The notes: generated from the letters alone by a model not told the origin. DNA of 64,000 nucleotides from an uncultured Verrucomicrobiota bacterium (GCA_944389455.1 CALXMK010000001.1:132249-196248), one strand, 5' to 3'. Counted from the stretch's first letter, positions 9,196-18,946 are shown. Numbers and translations: made by a program.

Positions 9196-9939
9196 ATGAT
9201 TCAGGTCAAAGGTTTATATAAGAGTTTTGGAAATCAGCATGTTTTACGGGGAGTAGACATGCAAATTCAAGCTGGAGAAGCCGCTATCATTATAGGGAGA
9301 AGTGGTGGTGGTAAAAGTGTTTTACTCAAGCATCTTACAGGCTTAATTTGTCCGGATAAAGGAGAAATTAAAATTAATGGGATTGATATTGTAGGAATGC
9401 AAGAAAGAGAGCTCTTGAAGATCCGACGAGAAATGGCAGTCATGTTTCAGGGGGCGGCACTTTTTGACTCAATGACAGTTGGAGAAAATGTTGGTTTTTA
9501 TCTTCAAAGAGAAGGGAAAAAAACAGCTGCTGAAATTGCTAAAGCTGTAGAATCGACTTTGGAGTTGGTTGATTTGAGGGGAGTAGAAAATAAATGGCCT
9601 TCAGATTTATCAGGAGGAATGAAAAAACGAGTAGGCTTGGCTCGAGCGATTATACATAATCCATCAATTGTTTTTTATGATGAACCTACTGCTGGATTAG
9701 ATCCAGTGGTCTCAGATAGCATTGATAAATTAATTAAACGAATTTGCGAAGTGAAAAAGGTAACAACAGTAGTTATTACTCATGACATGAGAACTACCCG
9801 AACTGTTGGAGAAAGGGTTTTTATGCTATCCGAAGGACAAATTTATTTGACGCTGACACCGGATGAGTTGTTTGCAAGTAAAGATCCAAAGGTATATCAA
9901 TTTGTAAATGGTATTTCGGAAGGAGATGATATAATTTAA
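9196..9939 (+). CDS. mlaF: ABC transporter ATP-binding protein MlaF
   Basis: Walker A GRSGGGKS, signature LSGGMKKRV, Walker B VFYDEP. Confidence 0.9.
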   Translation: MIQVKGLYKSFGNQHVLRGVDMQIQAGEAAIIIGRSGGGKSVLLKHLTGLICPDKGEIKINGIDIVGMQERELLKIRREMAVMFQGAALFDSMTVGENVGFYLQREGKKTAAEIAKAVESTLELVDLRGVENKWPSDLSGGMKKRVGLARAIIHNPSIVFYDEPTAGLDPVVSDSIDKLIKRICEVKKVTTVVITHDMRTTRTVGERVFMLSEGQIYLTLTPDELFASKDPKVYQFVNGISEGDDII

Positions 9940-10886
9940 TGAATAATAAAAAGAAGAATGGAGCAAAGGTATTCCTTTTTTTATTGCTGGGAATAGGACT
10001 GTTGGCTGGTTTAATCTTTCAATTCGCTAAGGTTGGGAATTGGTTTACGCCTACATATACATTGGAGTTGAGATCTGCCAATATTGGAGGAATCCGGGTT
10101 GGAGCAAGTGTTATGATGGCAGGTATCCAAATAGGGCGAGTAGATAGTATTTATTTAGGAGAAGAGGGTCGATATGGTGTAATTATTGTAAAAATTCAGG
10201 AGAATTATAAAATCCGTTCAGATGCCGAGTTTGGAATGGAGCAAAGTGGTTTTTTAGGAGATCAACATATTTTTGTTAGAGCTAGAGGAACAGTTGCTCC
10301 TTATTTTCAAGATGGAGATAGATCGGAATGTAATCCTCCCTTCAGTATTGCTGAAATAGCTGATTCTGCAAAGCATTTAATTTCTACAACGGATAAAACA
10401 GTAGGCGAATTGGGGAATATTTTTGGAAAATTAGATCAGAGTATGTTTACCGAAGAAACAATGAATGATCTATCTGAAGTTATAGTTAATATAAAGGCAA
10501 TAACACATAATGTAGATCAAGTTACAGCATCACTCAATATGGGGTTGTTGGGAACAAATGGTATTGTATCCAAATCAGTTACCAATTTAATTAGCGCAAT
10601 TTCTTCTTTAGAAGGTGCAGCAGAGCAGATAGAGACTCTTATTTCTGATAACCGGGCTGGAATTGATAGTACTATTACAAATAGTGTTGCTGCTATGGAG
10701 AAAGTGAATTCGATTTTAGTGAGATTACAGAAATCAGAAGGGATTATTGGAGCTCTGATTAATGATGGTGGTTCGAAAACAAATTTGCAGGATACAATAA
10801 GTGATTTAAGCATTTTAATAAATAATTTGAAAAAGTATGGAATCCTGAGTTATTATCGAAAAACGAAGGAATTAAGAGAGGAATAG
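9939..10886 (+). CDS. mlaD: MCE-domain substrate-binding protein MlaD-like
   Basis: N-terminal TM anchor, MCE domain (..GGIRVGASVMMAGIQIGRV..), long helical C-terminus. The start overlaps the mlaF stop. Confidence 0.8.
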   Translation: MNNKKKNGAKVFLFLLLGIGLLAGLIFQFAKVGNWFTPTYTLELRSANIGGIRVGASVMMAGIQIGRVDSIYLGEEGRYGVIIVKIQENYKIRSDAEFGMEQSGFLGDQHIFVRARGTVAPYFQDGDRSECNPPFSIAEIADSAKHLISTTDKTVGELGNIFGKLDQSMFTEETMNDLSEVIVNIKAITHNVDQVTASLNMGLLGTNGIVSKSVTNLISAISSLEGAAEQIETLISDNRAGIDSTITNSVAAMEKVNSILVRLQKSEGIIGALINDGGSKTNLQDTISDLSILINNLKKYGILSYYRKTKELREE

Positions 10887-10888
10887 TA

Positions 10889-11536
10889 GTGAGTACTTTA
10901 ACGACACGTTTTATTCCGGCAAAAGTTACCAATTCTCCATGGCTGACAATTGTCCTTCATGGTTTAGGAGACAGCATGGATGGGTATATTTGGATGCCTC
11001 ATGTTTTGGATATGCCATGGATGAATTATCTTTTAGTCAATGCACCGGATCCTTATTTTCAAGGTTTCTCTTGGTATGATATTTTCGGAGAAAACCCAAC
11101 AATTGGAATTAATAGAAGTCGTAAACTTTTATTAGAGTTATTGGCTGAAATGCAAAAAAATGGGTTTCCTTTAGAAAAAACTTATTTGTTTGGTTTTTCC
11201 CAGGGATGCTTGATGGTTCTTGAAACAGGTTTTCAATGTTCCAGCAAATTAGCGGGTATTGTCGGTATCAGCGGCTATGTTGAAGATTTAGAAAAATTTA
11301 TTGCGATGGCATCTCCAGCTGCAAAAGAGCAAAGAATATTAGTTACTCATGGATGGAGAGATCCTGTTTTGCCTTTTGGTCGTACTAGAGAACAGATACA
11401 AATACTTATCCGTCATGGATATTTGATAGAATGGCATGAATTTAATAAGGAACATACAATTGATGAAAAAGATGAGATTCCTATTATTAAGGCTTTCATT
11501 TCGTCTCCTTATTTAGAAGATGTGAAAGAAAAATGA
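10889..11536 (+). CDS. phospholipase/carboxylesterase-family alpha/beta hydrolase
   Basis: 215 aa with LHGLGDS, nucleophile elbow GFSQG and a C-terminal His region (EHTID). GTG start 3 nt after mlaD. Confidence 0.7.
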   Translation: MSTLTTRFIPAKVTNSPWLTIVLHGLGDSMDGYIWMPHVLDMPWMNYLLVNAPDPYFQGFSWYDIFGENPTIGINRSRKLLLELLAEMQKNGFPLEKTYLFGFSQGCLMVLETGFQCSSKLAGIVGISGYVEDLEKFIAMASPAAKEQRILVTHGWRDPVLPFGRTREQIQILIRHGYLIEWHEFNKEHTIDEKDEIPIIKAFISSPYLEDVKEK

Positions 11537-11946
11537 AATTTTTTTCGGAAAATAGCCCTGCTTTTTTTTATTTAAAGGGACTTTGTGAAGTACTGGCATC
11601 TGATCCTGAGTTTAAGGAGATGCGTCAAAATTTGTCGGATTTTAAAAAAGATGAATTGGCTGTTAAGCAATTGGAGGTATTAACCGCAATGGGAAATGTA
11701 ATCCGTGCTAAGCAGAAACGCAAGGAAGAACTCATTCCTAAAGAAGTTGAGGAATTTGAAAATTTAAGAATAGAATTTCTGAGTAATCCGGTGGCAGCTG
11801 CCTATGTGGATTCACAAGAGCAATTTGTAAATCTACGCAAATTTATTGGCCATTTTATAAGTAAGACTATAGAAAAAGGAGATCCTCCTCAATTACAAGA
11901 AATCTTAAATATTTTTGAAGGGAATCAGCATTGTGGAAATTGCTGA
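11533..11946 (+). CDS. YlbF/YmcA (RicF/RicA)-like helical protein with C-terminal Cys pair
   Basis: 137-aa helical protein ending ..NQHCGNC. ATGA start/stop overlap with the esterase. The family call is tentative. Confidence 0.4.
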   Translation: MKFFSENSPAFFYLKGLCEVLASDPEFKEMRQNLSDFKKDELAVKQLEVLTAMGNVIRAKQKRKEELIPKEVEEFENLRIEFLSNPVAAAYVDSQEQFVNLRKFIGHFISKTIEKGDPPQLQEILNIFEGNQHCGNC

Positions 11947-11962
11947 GTGTTATTATCTCTTA

Positions 11963-12445
11963 TTATATTTCTATTTTAAGTATCTCTTTGCTAAAAAGTC
12001 CTGTTTGCCGTAATGCTTCATAAAGGACGATAGCTGCACAGTTGGATAGGTTGAGAGAGCGTGATTGTGGATTGAACATGGGAATCCGAATCCAGAAGTC
12101 TTTATACCGTTCTAAAAGAGCTGTAGGTATGCCTTTAGTTTCTCGGCCTAACACAATATAATCATTTGGTTCCCAAGAGATTTCTGTATAGAGGCGTTTT
12201 CCTGCGCATTCCACGAACCAGAGATTAGATCCATGCGGAATTTGTTTTTCAAAAGATCTCCAATCGGGCCAGCGATACCACTGTAATTGGCGCCAATAAT
12301 CCATGCCTGCTCGTTTTAAGTTACGATCTTCAAGGTGAAACCCTAGTGGCTCAATCAGATGTAGTGTCGTCTTTGTTGCTGCGCAAAGTCGAGCTATATT
12401 TCCTGTATTGGGAGGAATTTCTGGGTTAATTAAAACGATATGCAT
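11963..12445 (-). CDS. trmL: tRNA (cytidine/uridine-2'-O)-methyltransferase TrmL (SpoU/TrmH family)
   Basis: MHIVLINPEIPPNTGNIARLCAAT.., ..GRETKGIP.., ..RSLNLSNCAAIVLYEALRQ closely parallel E. coli TrmL. Confidence 0.9.
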   Translation of the reverse strand: MHIVLINPEIPPNTGNIARLCAATKTTLHLIEPLGFHLEDRNLKRAGMDYWRQLQWYRWPDWRSFEKQIPHGSNLWFVECAGKRLYTEISWEPNDYIVLGRETKGIPTALLERYKDFWIRIPMFNPQSRSLNLSNCAAIVLYEALRQTGLFSKEILKIEI

Positions 12446-12457
12446 TTATCAAAATAC

Positions 12458-13669
12458 TTATTCTCTTCCAAGGAGAAGTTTGATGAATTGATCTCCTTTT
12501 AAGAATCCAAAACCGCCTTTTTTACAGGCATTTTCAGAAAAGCATTCAACGGAGTCTTTTTCAATATTGGTTCCCCAAATTGCAAATGGTATTGGCTCAC
12601 GCGTGTGAGCGCGAGTTTCAACAGGTGTGGGGTGATCAGGTAAGATTCCGACCCTTGCTTCGATATTTTTCTCCTGAATTCCATTTAGAAGTGGATAAAC
12701 CAAACGTGAATCTAAATCTTCAATAGTCTTTATTTTTAGGTGTACATCTCCCTCATGACCTGCTTCATCGGGTGCTTCTACATGAAGATAGACAAAATCG
12801 TGATTGTTTAGAGCATCCAGGCATGCTTGAGCTTTACCTTCATAATTTGTATTATAAAGGCCAGTAGCACCTGGGACTTTAATAACATCTAATCCAGCAT
12901 ATACAGCGATTCCATTAATTAGATCTACAGCGGAAATTACGGCTCCTTTAAGATTCCACTTTTCTTGATATGTCCACATTTGTGGTTTATATCCACCCGA
13001 CCAAAGCCAAATAGAATTTGCTTTATCGAGTCCTTTTTCTGCGCGTTCTAAATTGACTGGGTGATTGGGTAGAAATTCTTGACTTAAATGGGTTATTTTA
13101 TTTAAGAGGTGGGCAGTTTCATTTGCTTCAGAGGATAGAGATTTTATTTCTAAATCATCTGCGTACTTCCCTAAATGGTCATGTGGTGGATAGCATAGAA
13201 TTTTATCACTCAATCCCTTTCCAATAAATACATGTCGATAACTGACTCCAGGATGAAATGAGAATTTGTCAGAGCCAAATTCTTTTTGTAAATCTTGTAT
13301 GATAAGTGCAGCTTCTGTAGAACTGATATGTCCAGCCGAATGGTTTTTCAATCGACCCCGCTCATCGATACAGATAAGATTGCAGCGCATCACCAATTCA
13401 TTTGGTTCAATTGCCAATCCCATACTGGCAGCTTCTAATACACCTCTGCCACGTAGAACAGCTTTTGGATCATATCCCATGACACTTAAGTTTGCTGTTT
13501 CACTCCCTGGCATAAGTCCTTCAGGAACTGTCTCCAGTATTCCACATCTCCCTTCTCGGGCGAGAAAATCAATAGAAGGTTTATTGGCTGTCTCTAAGGG
13601 AGTAAGGCCTCCTAACTCTGCGACAGGATGGTCAGCCATGCCGTCGCCTAGAATAATAATGTGCTTCAT
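12458..13669 (-). CDS. ApgM-type cofactor-independent phosphoglycerate mutase family protein, possibly the non-canonical homoserine kinase
   Basis: 403 aa of the metalloenzyme superfamily (IIILGDGMADHP.., ..EAPDEAGHEGD.., ..LPDHPTP). Lies directly downstream of thrC with an 8-nt gap. Confidence 0.8.
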   Translation of the reverse strand: MKHIIILGDGMADHPVAELGGLTPLETANKPSIDFLAREGRCGILETVPEGLMPGSETANLSVMGYDPKAVLRGRGVLEAASMGLAIEPNELVMRCNLICIDERGRLKNHSAGHISSTEAALIIQDLQKEFGSDKFSFHPGVSYRHVFIGKGLSDKILCYPPHDHLGKYADDLEIKSLSSEANETAHLLNKITHLSQEFLPNHPVNLERAEKGLDKANSIWLWSGGYKPQMWTYQEKWNLKGAVISAVDLINGIAVYAGLDVIKVPGATGLYNTNYEGKAQACLDALNNHDFVYLHVEAPDEAGHEGDVHLKIKTIEDLDSRLVYPLLNGIQEKNIEARVGILPDHPTPVETRAHTREPIPFAIWGTNIEKDSVECFSENACKKGGFGFLKGDQFIKLLLGRE

Positions 13670-13677
13670 TGTTTAAT

Positions 13678-15060
13678 TTATTTTAGAACAGTGTCTAGTA
13701 AATATTGTTTGAATAAATCAAAATCACTATCCATTGTTTTATAGTGTTCAGAAAGACTATCCAAAGAGGAAAGAGATAAAGGTGCTTCAGGGATAATCCC
13801 AAGAAGTTCTCTAATATGCTGTGGGAATTTGGCAGGATGTGCTGTTTCCAAACAGATCGCAGGTATATCTTTTCGTTCAGGATGAATCTCGAGCCATCTT
13901 TGATATCCATTCCATCCGACTGCCCCATGTGGTTCTAATAGAAGTTGATATTTTTCCCATACGGAGATGATAGTTTTTTGTGTTTCATCATCACTTACTG
14001 AAACAGAGTAAACTTTTTCTTTTAATTTTGTAAGATCAGCGGGATGTGAGATTTCGCCTTTTTCATTCATTTGGCCTCCGAATAGGGAAATTAGCCGAGC
14101 TAAATTACTGGGATGACCTACATTCATTGCATTGGATATGCAATTTCTGGAGGGCTCTATCTTTTGATATTCTCCACATTTTAGATAATTAGGAAAAGAG
14201 TCATTGCCATTAACTGGTGCCAGTATCTGTGCAATGGGAAGCCCCATTTTCATGGCTATCATTCCCCCCATCATATCTCCAAAATTCCCAGATGGAACTG
14301 AAAAAACAACAGGTGCTTTGCATTCTGTAATTCGAGATGCTGCGTAAAAATAGTAGACACTTTGTGGAAGTAATCTTCCAATATTGATCGAATTTGCTGA
14401 AGAAAGTTTAATGTGTTTTTTTAATTGGGTATCAGCAAAAGCTTTTTTAACAAGTGCCTGGCAATCATCAAATTTCCCTTTTATGGCTATTGTTGTTATA
14501 TTTCCAGATAGGGTGCTCATTTGTTTGCGTTGGCGTTCTGAAACTTCTTTTAGAGGGAAGAGTATAATTACTTTGATACCTGGAACGTTATGAAAAGCAT
14601 TAGCTACGGCAGCACCAGTATCACCGCTTGTAGCGGTTAAAATGGTGATTTCTTCATTAGATTCGCAGATAAAAAGACTCATCATTCTAGCCATCATTCT
14701 AGCTGCAAAATCTTTAAAAGAGGCAGTAGGCCCGCGATCAAGTCTTAAGATATAATTAGATGTTGTGCCTCGGACTTTTTCCAAAGGAATCTCGAAATTA
14801 TAAGCGTCTATACATAAAGAATATAATGTTTCTTTCGGAATGATTCCTTCTGTATATCGATTAAGAATCTGGTAAGCAATTTCAGGATATGTTTTTTGTG
14901 AATAAGAATATAATTCTTCAGTACTAATCGTGGGAAAACTTTCAGGCATATAAAGTCCACGATCAGGAGCTTGACCATTAAGTAGTGCTTCTTTCAGATT
15001 AACCTTTATATGGTTGAATTCTGAATGATAGTTTGAGTTTGTGCTATAAAATAATAACAT
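13678..15060 (-). CDS. thrC: threonine synthase (long form)
   Basis: PLP lysine motif GPTASFKDFAAR and SGNFGDM; 460 aa. Confidence 0.9.
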   Translation of the reverse strand: MLLFYSTNSNYHSEFNHIKVNLKEALLNGQAPDRGLYMPESFPTISTEELYSYSQKTYPEIAYQILNRYTEGIIPKETLYSLCIDAYNFEIPLEKVRGTTSNYILRLDRGPTASFKDFAARMMARMMSLFICESNEEITILTATSGDTGAAVANAFHNVPGIKVIILFPLKEVSERQRKQMSTLSGNITTIAIKGKFDDCQALVKKAFADTQLKKHIKLSSANSINIGRLLPQSVYYFYAASRITECKAPVVFSVPSGNFGDMMGGMIAMKMGLPIAQILAPVNGNDSFPNYLKCGEYQKIEPSRNCISNAMNVGHPSNLARLISLFGGQMNEKGEISHPADLTKLKEKVYSVSVSDDETQKTIISVWEKYQLLLEPHGAVGWNGYQRWLEIHPERKDIPAICLETAHPAKFPQHIRELLGIIPEAPLSLSSLDSLSEHYKTMDSDFDLFKQYLLDTVLK

Positions 15061-15183
15061 TATACTTTATGTCTTTTTATAAACATATTCAGTTCTTAAT
15101 AGAACGCGGTTCTTATTTTAATATATAAAAGGGGAAAAGGAAGATGTTTTTAAAGATGTAGCAATGGAAGATCTATTATTCCA

Positions 15184-18048
15184 TTAACTGCGGGTTAATT
15201 GTAATCCTTTTTCTGAAAGTGAAAATTGAATAAATCGCGCTTTTTTATTTGGAGGAGATTTTTTTAAGATTTGCTGTATTTTCAGAGCAGCATCTGTACT
15301 TTTAGCAAACATGATGAGATATCCGCCTCCTCCTGCACCCAGAAGTTTTGCGGCATCAAGATAGTCTTCTATGGAATCCAGTATTTTTTTTACCTCTGGC
15401 GGATTAGTTCCACGATCAAGCAATTGATTTAGTCGCCAGCTTTCTCGAACACTGGATACCAGCATTTGGTAATTGGATGTTTGAATTGCGTTAAAAGCTA
15501 TTTTGGCATTTTCTGAAATTTCTTCGATAATTCCAAGATGACGTGGGGAATTTAAAAAGATGCCGCGTACGATTTCATGAAGAATATTTTTTGCCATGCG
15601 AGTGATTCCGGTATAATAAAGCAGGATAACTTTATTTGCATAATCTTGTTGAAATAATTCTCCTGGGAGCCAGCGTAGAATTGGAGTTTGACTGAGTCCA
15701 GCAGTGGTTTCAATCATTTTAATCCCGTTAAAAATACCACCAGCCTGATCTTGCCAGCCTCCACCGGTTGTAAGCATTTGCTCTAGGGCTAATGTTCTAG
15801 TAAATAGAGCGTTTTTATCCCAGCAGAGTCCGCAAGTTTCTCCTAGTGTAGCAAGAATAGTAGCCGCTAAAATACTGCTTGTCCCTAGTCCAGAACCTTT
15901 AGGAACAGCAGAGAGAAGTGAAATTTCCAGCCCTCCGCCGAAAGCTTCAAGCTGCTCTCTTAGAGAAGAATATTGAATGGAAGTAAATTCAGGTAGGAAT
16001 CCAGCCTGAGCCAAGGCTGCTTTAGAAAGAGCAAAATTATCTCCTGGTTGTGCATATGAGCGTAGTTCTTCATAGGTTGTAATCAATTGGCTTTTTCCTT
16101 GGTCAATACTATGAATAAAAAGTTCTGGAGTTGATCTTAATTTTGTGAATACTTGGATTGGGGATTGCCCATTTAAATTAACAGCAAGGTTGACAACTCT
16201 TCCTCCACGTTCTAGACAGTAGGGAGGAGTATCTGTCCACCCTCCAGCAAGATCTAGTCGGACTGGGCATCTTCCCCAGACAACCTGATCTTCTATAATA
16301 CTTTTTTGTGGGTTGACTTTTTCAATCTGAGCATTATTCACTAACATCTGACAGAGGGTGCTGAATGCTTCTTCTTCTAACTGTTCCCAACCTTTTTTAT
16401 TACGGTTTTTTATAACGGCAGAGCGAAACATGCGATCGTGAACGATTTGCAGAGGTTCATAACCATCTTCAATTTTGAGTTGAGTGTTTGGAAGTTCAGA
16501 ATTACTTTTACTATAGAGCATTGCAGTAGATTCCAAATCTGTTTTATAGAAAACACTCCAGCGATTATTATGAAACATGGCTTCCATACCTTCATTTAGA
16601 AGTTGTTGCCTTTGATTTTCTAGTCTGCAGTAATTTGCACGCTGAATGCAGTCGTTAAGGGAAAATTTTTCTGTATTTTTCCATAAATCAATAAATTTTT
16701 TGGAGTAGTCGGGGGATTTTTGTGTAAGCCATTCGATAAATCTAGGGGAAATTCTATCAAAGGAAAGTATCGGGAAAATTTTTAGATCTGCAAAATTGAC
16801 AGAATTTTGTATATGAGGAGGGAAAAGATTTCGTTTTTGGAACCAGTGTAGTGCATTTTCTTTATCCATCCAGTGGGTTTTCTCAAATCCATTGTTTAGA
16901 CAGTCATCGATCTTAAAAAATTTGATACACCATTCACTTTCATTAATAGGAGTAAAATCCAGACAAACTTTAGGTTCAAGTTTAAGATCCCATTCATTGA
17001 AGGGAATTCCTGTGAGAATATGTTCGTGAGAGAGAGTCCAAGTCCTAGGTATAATACTGCTTTCGATCCATAACGTATGGTTTTCTTCCAATCGGAGTGG
17101 GTAATTAAACCTGGAATTCTGTAGATATTGATCCGGATGCCGTTTTGCTCCCATTATTCCAAGTTTAGTTTCATCTAGTTCAAAATTCATCAAAGAAGAT
17201 ATTCCATGAATAAGTTCTCTGCCATTTTGAAGGAAATGAATTTCTGATTTTAAAATAACAATTTTTGAGCTGAGCTCACTGTTTTTTTCTCCCAAAGAAA
17301 CAAGGAAGTGTTTTTGAAAGTCAGCGTTAGGGTTGGACTTAAGGATATGTAAAATTTTTCTGACTGCTTTTGGAGTAAAAATTTGAATTCCTGCATCAGC
17401 GAGGAAAGCGTGATTTACCCCAGAAACTCTTAATTCATCGACCGTAGGAGATGGAAGGTAAGATTCCCAATGAGTGGGAGCTGTACGTTGACAAAGAATA
17501 ACTCCTTTTTGTGATAGGCGCTCAGGCCGTTCCCATATTCCAAAGCTAGTAACATCGGATTGAGGAAGAGTGGTCGGAAAAGTTTGGAGTTTTAGTAAAT
17601 TTTCTGCATAGCAAATAACAAGACCTCCAGACTGAGTACTGGATTTGATCAGGCGGATTAAGGTTTGTGTATATAGATCAAGCCATGTTTGATTAAGTCT
17701 TTGTCCTAGAGACCATCGAAAGACAGGTATTGGTAATAAAATACGATTATTAATTATGGATGGAGGGAAATTGATTCCTCTATCACGTGACAAGATAATA
17801 ATACGCCAACAATTGGATAGCCATTTAAAGAGATCTCTTTCATTATCAGCATCATAATTCTCAAGTGTCATTGCCATTTGAATCGTGTCCTTGATTTCTG
17901 CAAGTGAATTGGCAGGAAATAGAGATTCTCCTAAAGCTTGAATGTGAGTATTCCCAAGTTTAGGGAAATACTGATTTGAATTAAAAATAGGAATAATTCC
18001 TTTGGGAAGGGCTGGATATATATAAATTTGAGGTGAGATCGTTTGCAT
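15184..18048 (-). CDS. fkp: bifunctional L-fucokinase / fucose-1-phosphate guanylyltransferase (Fkp-like)
   Basis: 954 aa. The C-terminal GHMP kinase domain has PKGSGLGTSS and GAGGGGY. The long N-terminal nucleotidyltransferase-like region has the size and architecture of Bacteroides Fkp. Confidence 0.8.
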   Translation of the reverse strand: MQTISPQIYIYPALPKGIIPIFNSNQYFPKLGNTHIQALGESLFPANSLAEIKDTIQMAMTLENYDADNERDLFKWLSNCWRIIILSRDRGINFPPSIINNRILLPIPVFRWSLGQRLNQTWLDLYTQTLIRLIKSSTQSGGLVICYAENLLKLQTFPTTLPQSDVTSFGIWERPERLSQKGVILCQRTAPTHWESYLPSPTVDELRVSGVNHAFLADAGIQIFTPKAVRKILHILKSNPNADFQKHFLVSLGEKNSELSSKIVILKSEIHFLQNGRELIHGISSLMNFELDETKLGIMGAKRHPDQYLQNSRFNYPLRLEENHTLWIESSIIPRTWTLSHEHILTGIPFNEWDLKLEPKVCLDFTPINESEWCIKFFKIDDCLNNGFEKTHWMDKENALHWFQKRNLFPPHIQNSVNFADLKIFPILSFDRISPRFIEWLTQKSPDYSKKFIDLWKNTEKFSLNDCIQRANYCRLENQRQQLLNEGMEAMFHNNRWSVFYKTDLESTAMLYSKSNSELPNTQLKIEDGYEPLQIVHDRMFRSAVIKNRNKKGWEQLEEEAFSTLCQMLVNNAQIEKVNPQKSIIEDQVVWGRCPVRLDLAGGWTDTPPYCLERGGRVVNLAVNLNGQSPIQVFTKLRSTPELFIHSIDQGKSQLITTYEELRSYAQPGDNFALSKAALAQAGFLPEFTSIQYSSLREQLEAFGGGLEISLLSAVPKGSGLGTSSILAATILATLGETCGLCWDKNALFTRTLALEQMLTTGGGWQDQAGGIFNGIKMIETTAGLSQTPILRWLPGELFQQDYANKVILLYYTGITRMAKNILHEIVRGIFLNSPRHLGIIEEISENAKIAFNAIQTSNYQMLVSSVRESWRLNQLLDRGTNPPEVKKILDSIEDYLDAAKLLGAGGGGYLIMFAKSTDAALKIQQILKKSPPNKKARFIQFSLSEKGLQLTRS

Positions 18049-18116
18049 GGAAAAAATAAATATTTCCCCGACAATATCTTATAGGTATGTGTCGGAGAAA
18101 TAATTTATCAGAAAAA

Positions 18117-18854
18117 TTAAATGGATTTAATTAGTCGACTATAGCGTTCAGAGATGAAATCCCAATTAAATAGGTTCCAAATTCCTTTGACATAGTCAAC
18201 TCTTCTATTTTGATATTTAAGGTAATAAGCATGTTCCCATACATCAATAGTTAGAAGCGGAAGACGTCCTGCAGAAAGAGGAGTATCTTGATTAGGAGTA
18301 CTTTCGATTTGTAAAGATCCATTTTTACAGAGGGTCAGCCAGGCCCAACCGCTGCCAAAAACGCTAATAGCAACTTTTGATAGTTGCTCTTGGAATTGAG
18401 AAAAACTCTTAAAGTGTTTATCTATACTTTGAGCCAGTTCTCCGGAAGGGAGAGCTCCTTTATTGTCTTTATCTAATATTTTCCAATAAAAATTATGATT
18501 GAATACTCCGCCACCTTGATTGCGAACAGCAGTTCTAATTTCAACCGGGACTTTATCTAATTCTTTAAGGATGGTGCAGATTTTTTCACCTTTTAGTTCT
18601 GGAAATCCAGAAATAGCATTATTAAAATTATTTACGTAGGTTGCATGATGTTTATCATGGTGGATGGAGACAGTTTCAGCGTCAATATACGGTTCTAGAG
18701 CATCATAGGCATAGGGGAGTTTGTGAAGAGTAACTTCATTATCCTTGTTATGCCCGCAACAAGAGGAACTGCAATTATTATAGAGAGTTATACCTTTTAA
18801 TGATGTAGGAAAAACTAGTAGAGATGTTTTCATAAATTTATTTGTTGTTTTCAT
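18117..18854 (-). CDS. Fe/Mn superoxide dismutase with Cys-rich N-terminal extension
   Basis: LPYAYDALEPYID, HHDKHH, FNHNFYW and DVWEHAYYLKYQNRR motifs, preceded by about 45 extra residues (..LYNNCSSSCCGHNKDNE..). Confidence 0.9.
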   Translation of the reverse strand: MKTTNKFMKTSLLVFPTSLKGITLYNNCSSSCCGHNKDNEVTLHKLPYAYDALEPYIDAETVSIHHDKHHATYVNNFNNAISGFPELKGEKICTILKELDKVPVEIRTAVRNQGGGVFNHNFYWKILDKDNKGALPSGELAQSIDKHFKSFSQFQEQLSKVAISVFGSGWAWLTLCKNGSLQIESTPNQDTPLSAGRLPLLTIDVWEHAYYLKYQNRRVDYVKGIWNLFNWDFISERYSRLIKSI

Positions 18855-18946
18855 ATAAATGACAAATCAAAACAATAATGATTTTAATAAGAAATGAAGA
18901 TTTTTCAATGAGATTATAAAATTTTATAATTATTTTCTGCAGAAGC

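Noticed and set aside
13266-13676. Long antisense ORFs inside real genes (13266..13676, 58991..59443, 61078..61419, 20601..20942, 45490..45828, 10517..10813, 38333..38629 and similar)
   Set aside because: Each is fully embedded opposite a gene with strong family motifs. Their products are Ser/Leu/Arg-rich or low-complexity, as expected for shadow frames.
15061-15183. Hairpin AATAGAAC..GTTCTTATT upstream of thrC as a threonine attenuator
   Set aside because: The T-rich tail is on the wrong (plus) strand for the minus-strand thrC operon. There is no leader peptide with Thr/Ile codons.
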